Both the position numbers and the translations under genes were made by a program. The notes below the pieces were generated by a model, which saw nothing but the letters and a program-made list of their open reading frames with translations, was not told where the DNA came from and searched no databases. From Dehalococcoidia bacterium (GTDB lineage Bacteria; Chloroflexota; Dehalococcoidia; UBA2979), in the NCBI GenBank assembly GCA_965219085.1, contig OZ244720.1, positions 1,216,001 through 1,280,000 on the forward strand: 64,000 bases of DNA. Direction: 5' to 3'. The number at the start of each line of letters is the position of its first letter. Position 1 is the first letter of the stretch. Below, piece by piece: positions 45,393-54,262 of this stretch.

Positions 45393-47304
45393 AGTGGGTG
45401 AGCCGTCCGGCGAGGGCGAAATAGCGCCACCTGAGCGTCCTGGTCGTGACGATTCCCTCGCCGAGCCCGAGCCGTGCCGTCCAGCGGGCGAGGTTGTGCG
45501 CGATCACCTGCACCGCGAGCCATGCCGCGTTCGCGGCGAAGCGGCCCGAGGGGAGATGGTTGAGCCCGACGCCGTACTTGAGGTCGCGGATCGCGTTCTC
45601 GATCTCGGCGTGACGGCGATGGTCAGCCTCCAGCTCCATCATCTCCCCGGCGCGGTCGGTGATGAAGGCGTGGTAGCTGTACGTCGCGAAGAGCGCCAGC
45701 TGTGAGCCGGGCGTCGGCTGGACGCGCCGCGCGATGAGCCGAACCGCGCTGGCGTCCTTCGCGTGCCGGAACGGCGTGTAGGTCGTCTCGGCGACAGCGG
45801 CGCCGCCCGGCAGCCAGTACGGGATCGGCGTCCAGTCCTCCTCAGGTATCGCCTCGAGCAGCGTGCGTACGTTCGGCTGCTGGCGGATCGTGATTGAGAA
45901 GCGGACATCCAGCGCGCGGCAGGCGGCGACGACGGCGTGGTTGTAGAAGCCGCTGTCGGCGCGCATCGTGAGCTGCCCGCTCGCTCCGGCGTCGCGTACC
46001 CGCGCCACCGTCTCACGCAGGAAGTGTGCGGCCCCCCGTGCGGTGTTGGCGCGGCCCTCGCGCAGCCGCGCCATCAGCACGTCACCCGTCCCGGCCGCGA
46101 CCGCGAGCAGCGGGTGATAGCCGCGCACGCCCGTGTAGCCGTGGTGCCGGGCGCCCTCCTTGGCCAGGCCGTAGGTCTCACAGATCGTCGAGTCGAGGTC
46201 GATCGTGAACGGCGCCGCGCCGGGTCCCGCCCCGGCCGCCCATGCGCGGGCGAGCAATGCGCGGCTGACGCGGTCGAGCTGGCGGACGTGGCCCCAGCGG
46301 AAGCTGCGCAGGAAGGTTCCGAGGGTGGACGGCGCCTTGACCGTGCAACCCAGCACGCTCGCCGTCCCGCCGGCGCGCAAGGCAGCGGCGTCGTCGATGC
46401 AGTCGCCGCCCGCGAGCGCCGAGGCGACCAGGGTCAGCAGCTTGTCGCCGGCGTTCGCGCGCCCCGCTGCGTCACCGAGGTCGAGGTGGGCGTCCGCCAG
46501 TGCACGGAGGCCGAGCCGGCCAGCGAGCGTGGCGGGGAGCAGCAGGCCTGCGTGGTCCACGAGGCGGTCGTCGCCTGAGGCGATGTCTATCCGCTCGGGG
46601 TTACTCGCTGCTAGCATCGAATGGGTGCTCCTGTGGCTGTGACGTGAATTCTCAAAACCCATTGTCCCAGCTACAGCGGAGCACCCAACCGCAGCCCCTC
46701 GCGCGCTCTTCTTCGGTGGATCAGGGCTTAGCGCGGACGGATCACTAGCAGCGGGAAAGGCAATCATCGCGGCAGTCGAGGACGCGGAGAGACGGGTTCA
46801 AGCGAACCCGGAAACTTACGCGCTGCACGCCGCTCTGTTGAGCGACGTGACAGCCCTGATGGTGCAGCAGGCTCGCGATGAAATCGCCCGTAGCGGGGCT
46901 CAGGTGAGGGAGGCACTCGCGTCTCATCCTGAGCGCCCTATCGAGGACATTAACGGCCTTGCTCAGGTCCTGCACGCCCCGCTGATCGATGAGACATCCA
47001 GTCACCGGGCGACGATCTCGGCGCGAGATGCTATCGGCTTTGGGCTACCTGTTGAGGAAGTCGACCCGAGCGGTCCGCAGTGGCAAGCGATTTGGCGCAT
47101 CTGGACAAAGTACGTGGCTCTGGGCCCCGTGCGAGTCTACGAAGGACAAACCGCCTCGCAGCTCTTGCGGGCGCCCTTCGCGATCCAGTAGCGCTCCGTG
47201 ACCGGCAGCCCGTCACGTCCGCCGGCGCCGACGCCATCGCGCTACCGCCTCTACCCTGGCCCGCCCCAGCTACGAGTACATGGGCATCTGGTCACCGTTC
47301 CTCG

Positions 47305-47435
47305 CCGCGAGGCTCTCGGATGCCCTCGCGGGCATGACCGCCGACCGCTGGGCTCCCGGCACCCACATCACGGCACGCAGCATCTGGGGCGGTCGTGTGT
47401 TCGCGGCTTCGTGCTTCGTCGCCATCGAGGATCGC
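47305..47435 (+). repeat. 131-bp direct repeat, copy 1 (truncated 5' end of DUF402 gene)
   Basis: Near-identical to 48279-48409. Confidence 0.88.
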
Positions 47436-47585
47436 AGGGTGGTCACGTTACCGGGAGGCTGCCGATTCGCCGACGAACAGTTAGCGGGGTGCCCAGATAG
47501 GGCCGAGCGCGTTCGAGATTCGGCTCCCGCAGGGTCGTCGTGCGAAGAGCCCTGACCGACACAGGAACTGTGGTACTGTGAACCA

Positions 47586-47849
47586 GTGAAGAACATCACC
47601 GTCTCCGTCGACGACGAGACCTACCGGCTGTCCCGGATCAGGGCCGCCGAGGCCGGGACGTCGGTCTCTGCCCTGGTGCGCTCCTACCTGCTGGAGCTCG
47701 TGCAGGGCCAGCCGAGCGAGACGCGCTTCGACCGCCTCAAGCGCCTGCAGGACGAGACCCTGGCGGCGATCTGGGCGCGAGGCGGCGGGCTGCGTGCCGA
47801 GGACCTGCTGACCCGCGACGAACTCCACGACCGCGATGCGCTTCGTTGA
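47586..47849 (+). CDS. RHH-type antitoxin
   Basis: MKNITVSVDD..YR..RI.AAE.GTSVSALVR.YL; overlaps PIN gene. Confidence 0.87.
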   Translation: MKNITVSVDDETYRLSRIRAAEAGTSVSALVRSYLLELVQGQPSETRFDRLKRLQDETLAAIWARGGGLRAEDLLTRDELHDRDALR

Positions 47850-48261
47850 CACGAACGTCCTACTCTATGCACTCAGAGCCTCGCCCGGTGACGAACGCAA
47901 GCGCCAAATCGCGCTTGATCTGCTCACGCGGAGCGACCTCGTCCTCTCCGTACAGGTGCTGCAGGAGTTCTACGCGCAGGCCACGCGTCTCTCGTCGCCG
48001 GGCGCGTTGACCCATGACGAAGCTGCCGCCGCCATCGAGTCACTCACTCGCTTCCCGGTCCAGGCCATGACTCTGGACGTACTGCGCCTGGCGCTCGCGC
48101 TCCGCCGACGCTTCGGGCTATCGTACTGGGACGGTGCGATCCTCGCGGCGGCCCGCCTCACGGGCTGCGATCTCGTGTACTCCGAGGACTTCAGTCACGA
48201 ACAGGACTACGACGGGCTGCGCGTGAACAGCCCCTTCGCGGACGCAGTGCCGGGAGCATGA
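47836..48261 (+). CDS. vapC: PIN-domain toxin VapC
   Basis: FVDTNVLLY, S.QVLQEF, LSYWD..I.AAA...GC..VYSED. Confidence 0.92.
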   Translation: MRFVDTNVLLYALRASPGDERKRQIALDLLTRSDLVLSVQVLQEFYAQATRLSSPGALTHDEAAAAIESLTRFPVQAMTLDVLRLALALRRRFGLSYWDGAILAAARLTGCDLVYSEDFSHEQDYDGLRVNSPFADAVPGA

Positions 48262-48307
48262 CGGCCTTCGTACCCGGCCCGCGAGGCTCTCGGATACCCT
48301 CGCGGGC

Positions 48308-48934
48308 ATGACCGCCGACCGCTGGGCTCCCGGCGCGCACATCACCGCCCGCAGCATCTGGGGCGGCCGCGTGTTCGCGGCTTCGTGCTTCGTCGTCATC
48401 GAGGATCGCGGCGACGTGATCGTGGCCTGCACGCCGGCCGGCACCCGCTGGAAGCGCCCTACCGACCTCGACGGCAACGACATCCGCCTGCCGCACGGCG
48501 CATGGCGCCTGCGCGACGACGTCTGGCGCGGCCGCGGCATGGTGCGCGTGTGGATGCGGGATGTCGCCCACTCCGTGCTCATCTTCCTCGGCGATGGCGA
48601 CGTCGGCATCTGGTACGTGAACCTCGAGACGCCGTTCCGGCGGAACCCCATCGGCCTCGACCTGACCGACCAGCACCTCGACATCATCTTCCCGGCCGAC
48701 CTCGGCGAGCCGCGCTGGAAGGACGAGGACGAACTCGAGGAGGCCGTCGCCTTCGGCAGCATGACCGCGGAGGAAGCCGCGGCGGTTCGCGCCGAGGCCG
48801 AGCGCGCCATCGAGTGGATCCGCCGCGGCGACCACCCGGCCATCGACGACCGCTGGCGCACGTGGACGCCGCCCGCGGAGTGGGCCGTGCCCGTGCTCGC
48901 CCCCGGCTGGGACACGTTGGCACCCTCGATCTAG
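48308..48934 (+). CDS. DUF402 family protein, copy 1
   Basis: WYVNLE.P..R......D..LDI, WKDEDE. Confidence 0.85.
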   Translation: MTADRWAPGAHITARSIWGGRVFAASCFVVIEDRGDVIVACTPAGTRWKRPTDLDGNDIRLPHGAWRLRDDVWRGRGMVRVWMRDVAHSVLIFLGDGDVGIWYVNLETPFRRNPIGLDLTDQHLDIIFPADLGEPRWKDEDELEEAVAFGSMTAEEAAAVRAEAERAIEWIRRGDHPAIDDRWRTWTPPAEWAVPVLAPGWDTLAPSI

Positions 48935-49014
48935 GCAGCCAGCCCCGCGAACCCGGCCAGCGAGCGGTCAGCCCGCGACGACCATAGACTGCGCCGCGAG
49001 GGGGAGTCCGAGCG

Positions 49015-49593
49015 ATGACCGAAGCGGCCGACGCGCCCGCCGACGCGCCTCTGGAGATGGAGTTCCGCCCCGTCACGCCCGAGCGCTGGCCCGACCTCGC
49101 ACGCCTCTTCGATGGGCGCGGCGGCCCCAGGCACTGCTGGTGCATGGTCTGGCGCCCCTGGCCGGCTGGCGTCGAGCGCAGCCGGGCGACCAAGCGCGCC
49201 GAGATGGAGCGCACCGTCCTCGGTGGCACGACCGTCGGCATCCTCGCGTACGTCGAGGGCGAGCCGGTCGCGTGGTGCTCGGTCGCGCCGCGCGAGACGT
49301 ACCGCAAGCTCGGCGGCGACGACTATCCGCCCGGCGCCAACGTGTGGGCGATCGCCTGCTTCTTCGCCCAGCGCCCGCAGCGCGGGCGCGGCATCACCGC
49401 GCGGCTGCTCGACGCCGCGTGCGCCGAGGCGGCGGCCGCCGGCGCCGACGTGATCGAGGGCTACCCCGTCGACCCCGACTCGCCGAGCTACCTCTTCATG
49501 GGCTACTGCTCGACGTTCCTCGCCGCGGGCTTCGAGGAGATCGGACGCGTCGGCACGCGACGCCACGTCATGCGGCGCTGGCTGCGCCCATGA
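49015..49593 (+). CDS. GNAT acetyltransferase, copy 1
   Basis: CWCM.WR, G.LAY..GEPVAWCS..PR, CFF....RGRG, EGYP, F..AGF. Confidence 0.9.
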   Translation: MTEAADAPADAPLEMEFRPVTPERWPDLARLFDGRGGPRHCWCMVWRPWPAGVERSRATKRAEMERTVLGGTTVGILAYVEGEPVAWCSVAPRETYRKLGGDDYPPGANVWAIACFFAQRPQRGRGITARLLDAACAEAAAAGADVIEGYPVDPDSPSYLFMGYCSTFLAAGFEEIGRVGTRRHVMRRWLRP

Positions 49594-50219
49594 CCACTGA
49601 GCTGTGGCGCCCGGGCGACCCCATCGTCGGCCGCAACATCTGGTACGGCCGCGTCTTCACCGCCTGGAACTTCGTCGTGGTCGAGGACCGCGGCGACATG
49701 CTCGCGGTCTGCACGCCGCCCGGCGCGGTCTGGAAGCGCCCGACCGACCTCGACGGTAACGACATTCGCCTGCCGCACGGCGAGTGGCGGCTGCGCCACG
49801 ACGTCTGGTTCGGCCGGGGCATCGTGCGCGTCTTCATCGAGGGCGCCGCGCACTCCGTGCTTGTCTTCCTCGACGACGGTGACGTGCGGCAGTGGTACGT
49901 GAACCTCGAGACGCCGTTCCGCCGCACCGCGATCGGCCTCGACACCTCCGATCAGCACCTCGACATCGTCTTCCCGCCCGACCTCGGCGAGCCGCGGTGG
50001 AAGGACGACGACGAGCTCGAGGAGGCTGTCACCTTCGGCAGCATGACCGCAGAGGAGGCCGAGGCGGTCCGCGCCGAGGCCGAACGCGCGATCGCGTGGA
50101 TCGGTCGCGGCGACCACCCGGCCATCGACGACCGCTGGCGCACGTGGACGCCGCCCGCCGAGTGGGGCATCCCCACCCTTGCGCCGAACTGGGAGACGCT
50201 CCCGCCTCAGACCTCGTAG
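49590..50219 (+). CDS. DUF402 family protein, copy 2
   Basis: ATGA overlap; paralogue of 48308-48934. Confidence 0.85.
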   Translation: MTTELWRPGDPIVGRNIWYGRVFTAWNFVVVEDRGDMLAVCTPPGAVWKRPTDLDGNDIRLPHGEWRLRHDVWFGRGIVRVFIEGAAHSVLVFLDDGDVRQWYVNLETPFRRTAIGLDTSDQHLDIVFPPDLGEPRWKDDDELEEAVTFGSMTAEEAEAVRAEAERAIAWIGRGDHPAIDDRWRTWTPPAEWGIPTLAPNWETLPPQTS

Positions 50220-50321
50220 ACGCCGAAGTCCTCCAGCAGTTCGACTCCATCGAGGTCGCTGCTGCACCGGGCCAGGCTGCACGCGGTGGCCCCAAAACCC
50301 TGCCGCGAAGGAGTCGCTGCC

Positions 50322-50927
50322 ATGACCGAAGCGACCGAGGTGCCCGCCACGCTCGAGTTCAAGGCCGTCACGCCCGAACGTCGGCCCGACCTCGCCGGGC
50401 TCTTCAAGACGGCGCGGGTCGGTCCCAACTACTGCTGGTGCATGGTCTGGCGCCCGATGCCGGCCGGCGTCAAACGCACTACGGCCAACAAGCGCGCCGA
50501 ATTCGAAGCCACTATCCGGCGCGGGACGCCGGTTGGCCTGCTCGCGTACGTCGAGGGCGAGCCGGTCGCATGGTGCTCGATCGCGCCGCGCGCCACCTGC
50601 GGCGGCACGATGCGCCTCGGCGGCGGCACGTACCCGCCCGGCACGGACGTGTGGCCCATCGTCTGCTTCTTCGCCCAGCCCGAGCAGCGAGGCCGCGGCA
50701 GCGCCGCCCGCCTGCTCGACGCCGCGTGTCGCGAGGCGGCCTCGGCCGGGGCGGACGTGGTCGAAGGCTATCCGGTCGACCCCGACTCGCCCAGCTTCCA
50801 GTACATGGGCCGGCGCAAGACGTTTCTCGCGGCGGGGTTCGAGGAGATCGGCCCCGTGGACACGCGGCGGCACGCGATGCGGCTCTGGCTCCGCCCGCTG
50901 CCGACCGGCGACACTCAGACCTCGTAG
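50322..50927 (+). CDS. GNAT acetyltransferase, copy 2
   Basis: AAGGAG RBS; paralogue of 49015-49593. Confidence 0.88.
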   Translation: MTEATEVPATLEFKAVTPERRPDLAGLFKTARVGPNYCWCMVWRPMPAGVKRTTANKRAEFEATIRRGTPVGLLAYVEGEPVAWCSIAPRATCGGTMRLGGGTYPPGTDVWPIVCFFAQPEQRGRGSAARLLDAACREAASAGADVVEGYPVDPDSPSFQYMGRRKTFLAAGFEEIGPVDTRRHAMRLWLRPLPTGDTQTS

Positions 50928-51673
50928 ACGCCGAAGTCCTCGGCCAACTCGACCCCGTCGAGCGACCGCGCCCACCCGGGCACGGCGAGCGGGTCGTAGT
51001 GCGTCACGAGGAGGCGCGTCGAGGCGTCGAGGGCGGCGCGCAGCGCGCGCACGTCGTCCCACTCCAGATGGCCCTGATCGCGGTCGCCGCCACATTCGGC
51101 GATGAGCAGATCGGCGCCCTCGGCCAGGCTCAGCAGTGCCTCGCCGTATGCGGTGTCGCCCGAGTAGGCGACGACGCCCGCCGGGTGCCGCACGCGGAAC
51201 CCGAGCGCGTCGATGCCCGGAGCGTGGTCCATCGCCACGCACTCCACCTGCACGCCCGCCCACTCGAACGCCGACCCGCCTGGCTGCTCGAACCACCGCA
51301 CGCGCGGATCGTCGCGCTCCGGCAGCCGCGAGGACGTGCCGATGACCTCGCGCAGCCGGTCGTAGATGCCGGGCGGACCGGCGATGGCGAGCGGGATGAC
51401 GCGCGGGACGCCCTCGCCCCGCGCGCCCCGCGCATCCCAGTCATGCTGCGCGCGACGCTCCTCGAGCAGGAACAGGTCGACGCCGCCGATGTGGTCGGAG
51501 TGCTCGTGCGACAGCAGCACGAGGTCGATCGCCGTCGTCGGCACGCCGAGGCGGAAGAGGTGGGGGAGCGTCTGCGGCGGGCAGTCGAGGAGCACGCGCC
51601 CGTCGAGCAGGAAGCCGCTCCAGTAGGCGCCATGGGAGAACGCGAAGCCGGAGCCGAGGCAGTCCAGACGCAG
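50915..51673 (-). CDS. MBL-fold metallohydrolase (RNase Z/PhnP-like)
   Basis: LGSG, LLDC, SHEHSDHIGG, YSGDT, ADLLI.EC, TH; start probably CTG 51673. Confidence 0.87.
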   Translation of the reverse strand: MRLDCLGSGFAFSHGAYWSGFLLDGRVLLDCPPQTLPHLFRLGVPTTAIDLVLLSHEHSDHIGGVDLFLLEERRAQHDWDARGARGEGVPRVIPLAIAGPPGIYDRLREVIGTSSRLPERDDPRVRWFEQPGGSAFEWAGVQVECVAMDHAPGIDALGFRVRHPAGVVAYSGDTAYGEALLSLAEGADLLIAECGGDRDQGHLEWDDVRALRAALDASTRLLVTHYDPLAVPGWARSLDGVELAEDFGVYEV

Positions 51674-51674
51674 T

Positions 51675-52223
51675 TCAAGCGTCCTCTCGCAGCTTGCCCG
51701 TGTCCGCGTCAACCAGCACCGCCGCAAACTCGCGCTCGAGTTCCGTTAGCGCCTCGTGGACGCCGTGCAACCGGTAGACCCTACCTAGGAGTCGGACGCT
51801 AAGGGGTGCTCCCGTATCCACTGGCGCGACGTACATCGGTTCCCAATCGGATACTTCGACGCCACGCACAATGATGTATTGGTTGGTCTCGCCGCGGAGA
51901 TCGTGGTTCGAGCGGATCAGGGCGTCCTCGTAATGAGCGTATGCATGCCCGAGGTCTCGTGCCTCGTTCCACCGCTCGACGAACGCGTTTGCTGAACGCC
52001 GAGCACCTCCATGCTCAACGAACGGCGAAGGCCAGTTGCTGTTGAGGATGCGACATGACTTGTACACATGATCGGCATGAAGCGTGTACCGCTCGACCGC
52101 GTCGAAGTCGGTCCACGCGTCACGCGTCTGAGCCCAGTCAATCGCCAGTGCTCCGCGTGTTTGTTCCAGACAGAACACGGCAACAGCCATCATGTCGCCC
52201 TCGGAGCCCTTGTCGCCTGCCAT
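51675..52223 (-). CDS. Hypothetical lower-GC protein
   Basis: Fills the gap in the strand-consistent gene run; no family recognised. Confidence 0.55.
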   Translation of the reverse strand: MAGDKGSEGDMMAVAVFCLEQTRGALAIDWAQTRDAWTDFDAVERYTLHADHVYKSCRILNSNWPSPFVEHGGARRSANAFVERWNEARDLGHAYAHYEDALIRSNHDLRGETNQYIIVRGVEVSDWEPMYVAPVDTGAPLSVRLLGRVYRLHGVHEALTELEREFAAVLVDADTGKLREDA

Positions 52224-52237
52224 CGCCCGCTCGGCGG

Positions 52238-52870
52238 CTACCCCGCCGGCGCCGGCGCCGGTGCCGGGACGCCGCAGAGCCGGCGCCCCTCGCCGAGCGT
52301 GTCGGGCGTGTCGAGGTCGATGCGCACGATTGGCTCGTCGTCCATCGCAATCTGCAGCGGCGGGTGTCGCTGCAGGATGGCGCGCAGGCCCAGTTCCGCC
52401 TCGTTCGCGCCCGCAAGCTCCTCGAGCAGCGACCCGTCGACGACCACCGGGTGGCCGCGCGCCGCGCCCAGCGACGGCTGCACCGCCTCAGCGCCCGTCG
52501 CGCGCAGCTCGTCGACGAGGCGGTCGATGATGTCGGCGCGCGTCGGCTGGTCGACATTCTGGATGACGATCGCAGACGGCCGAGCGCGCGACGGCGCCAG
52601 CAGCGCCCCGGCGCCCGTGGCAAGCGACGTCGAGCGGCCCTGCGCCCAGCGAGGGTTGAACACGCAGTGCCGGCGCGTACCCGGTGGCAGGGCGCGCCGC
52701 ACGTCGTCGGCGAACGCGCCGGTCACGACCACGATCTCGTCGACGGTCGAGCGGCGCAGCACGTCGATCTCCCACGCAAGCAGACAGCCGTCGCCCCACG
52801 GCAGCAGCGGTTTCGGCGAGCCCATGCGCGTCGACGCGCCCGCGGCGAGCACGAGCGCCGCGACGCTCAT
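52238..52870 (-). CDS. MobA/MocA-like nucleotidyltransferase
   Basis: LAAGASTRMG.PK.LL, G..TSL..G, DQP, GHPV, DLDTP. Confidence 0.9.
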   Translation of the reverse strand: MSVAALVLAAGASTRMGSPKPLLPWGDGCLLAWEIDVLRRSTVDEIVVVTGAFADDVRRALPPGTRRHCVFNPRWAQGRSTSLATGAGALLAPSRARPSAIVIQNVDQPTRADIIDRLVDELRATGAEAVQPSLGAARGHPVVVDGSLLEELAGANEAELGLRAILQRHPPLQIAMDDEPIVRIDLDTPDTLGEGRRLCGVPAPAPAPAG

Positions 52871-53265
52871 GGCGTCATCTCGGCACGCTCGCGCCGCCAG
52901 GTCCCGACGGCCTCTCGCACGGCGGCGGCGGCGAGGACGGAGCAGTGGACCTTCGACTTCGGCAGCCCCCCGACGGCGTCGGCGTAGTCGTCACGCGTCA
53001 GCGCCACGGCCTCGTCGAGCGTGCGCCCCGTGAGCAGCTCGGTCGCGGCCGACGAGGTGCCGATCGAGGCGGGGCACCCCGACGTCAGGAACGACGCAGC
53101 GGCCACGCGCTCATCCTCGATGCGCAGGAAGATGCGCATGGAGTCCCCGCACACGGGATTGGTCACGAACGCCTCGGCGTCGGCGTCATCCATGGCGCCG
53201 GCGTTGCGCGGGTGCTCGAAGTGGTCGATGAGGGCGTCGCTGTAACCCGTGGTGGTTCGTGGCAT
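52867..53265 (-). CDS. IscU/NifU-type Fe-S scaffold
   Basis: YS....DHF..PRN.G, NPVCGD, GC..S..SS, K.HCS.LA. Confidence 0.92.
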   Translation of the reverse strand: MPRTTTGYSDALIDHFEHPRNAGAMDDADAEAFVTNPVCGDSMRIFLRIEDERVAAASFLTSGCPASIGTSSAATELLTGRTLDEAVALTRDDYADAVGGLPKSKVHCSVLAAAAVREAVGTWRRERAEMTP

Positions 53266-53299
53266 GGGGGTATTGTCGCACGGGTTGGGGTGGTGGAGG

Positions 53300-54262
53300 C
53301 TAGCTGGGATCAGACACGATCCTCAGCGAATGGTTGAATATCTCGTCAACGAAATCCAACCAGCTGCCCTCGTCATGGAGGAGCAGATCGATATCGAAGT
53401 CACGCTTCATGCGCATATCGTCAAGGCGCTCTCGCATCGTTTGAGTAACAACACCTACAACAAGGAAGTTGTCACAACGCGGAGGCGCTTCATCGAACGT
53501 CTTCTTGACAGCGCCAAGACGCTCCAGCGCGCCCGCAGGATCCTTTCCCGCCTTCACTTCGATGAGAGTGACGAGTGCACCGTCCTTCTCGAAGCTGATG
53601 TCCGGCTCAGCAGCGAACACCATCCGGACACCGCCCTCCAGAACCCAGGAGCCGCGCGGCTCTGACTCATCAGGTGGATCCTGATCGCCCGTTAGGAGCC
53701 CGTTCGCGCGCACCCACTCAAACATACTGTTCTTGACGGCACTCTCTCCGAGCTTGCCTATGAGATTCCGCATCGAGCCATCCGCACTGATGCCGATGGT
53801 TGCGAGCACGTTGCGGTACCCGTTCTCCATCGTCCAATCCGTCTTGTCGGTGATGAGCGAACTGATTACGGCGTTGTAGAGACGGCACACCCTCAAGACG
53901 TTCTCATCGGTGAGCCGCGGTTTGGCCGTGGAATCCTCCCAGCGGTCGACGCCGACCGCTATTTCGCTGACGCGCTTCAGCGGCAGCAGAGCCAGACCTC
54001 GGTAGTGGAGGGAGGCTTCTGGCACGACCTTGAGCACGGAGGGATGCGCGAAGACAAGGCTCGCCACGATCCCCGCTTCACGCACGTGCTCCCAAGCCGG
54101 TTCGTGAATGGCCAGCGATTCCCTGTCCGAGTAGTCGGCCGTCTCCCCGACCATCTTGATCACGCCCTTGAGCAAAGCGTCTGCTTCCGCTCCGGAGGCC
54201 ATCCGGCGTGCAATGAGCACGGAGCGCTCGATGGCATCGTCGGTCCGCCGCCCGCTAGTCAA
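53300..54262 (-). CDS. Type II restriction endonuclease, XcyI-like
   Basis: GS.RN.IG..GE, EPDI, IEVK.G.D......R.G...K; TTG start overlapping MTase end. Confidence 0.75.
   Translation of the reverse strand: MTSGRRTDDAIERSVLIARRMASGAEADALLKGVIKMVGETADYSDRESLAIHEPAWEHVREAGIVASLVFAHPSVLKVVPEASLHYRGLALLPLKRVSEIAVGVDRWEDSTAKPRLTDENVLRVCRLYNAVISSLITDKTDWTMENGYRNVLATIGISADGSMRNLIGKLGESAVKNSMFEWVRANGLLTGDQDPPDESEPRGSWVLEGGVRMVFAAEPDISFEKDGALVTLIEVKAGKDPAGALERLGAVKKTFDEAPPRCDNFLVVGVVTQTMRERLDDMRMKRDFDIDLLLHDEGSWLDFVDEIFNHSLRIVSDPS

Larger units (their letters stand above)
43821..45394 (+). mobile_element. IS110-family element (IS1111-type ends)
   Basis: AG core at 43819-43820 and 45393-45394; subterminal IRs 43826-43839 / 45376-45389 (12/14); long downstream non-coding end. 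Confidence 0.9.
43718..46617 (-). pseudogene. IS1380 transposase interrupted by IS110 (46617-45395 + 43820-43718, 441 aa rejoined)
   Basis: IDLDST, GYHPL, RADSGF, HR..A.IEN.I.DLK, LPSG.F.AN.AW; GRLTH|SARRWTLHLP rejoins in frame. Confidence 0.9.
43496..46726 (-). mobile_element. IS1380-family element (1657 bp without nested IS110)
   Basis: TIR CCCGAATCCACCGA vs CCCTGATCCACCGA (12/14); 5-bp flanks CCTAG/CTTAG. Confidence 0.88.
41334..47191 (+). pseudogene. SDH_sah-like protease copy B, split into 41334-41598, 43348-43495, 46732-47191
   Basis: Removing the insertions gives an 873-nt frame (290 aa) collinear with copy A. Confidence 0.9.

Noticed and set aside
45256-46767. Intact 503-aa IS1380 transposase as in ORF track
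   Set aside because: N-terminus extends outside the IS and the C-terminus reads into IS110; the true tail is at 43718-43820
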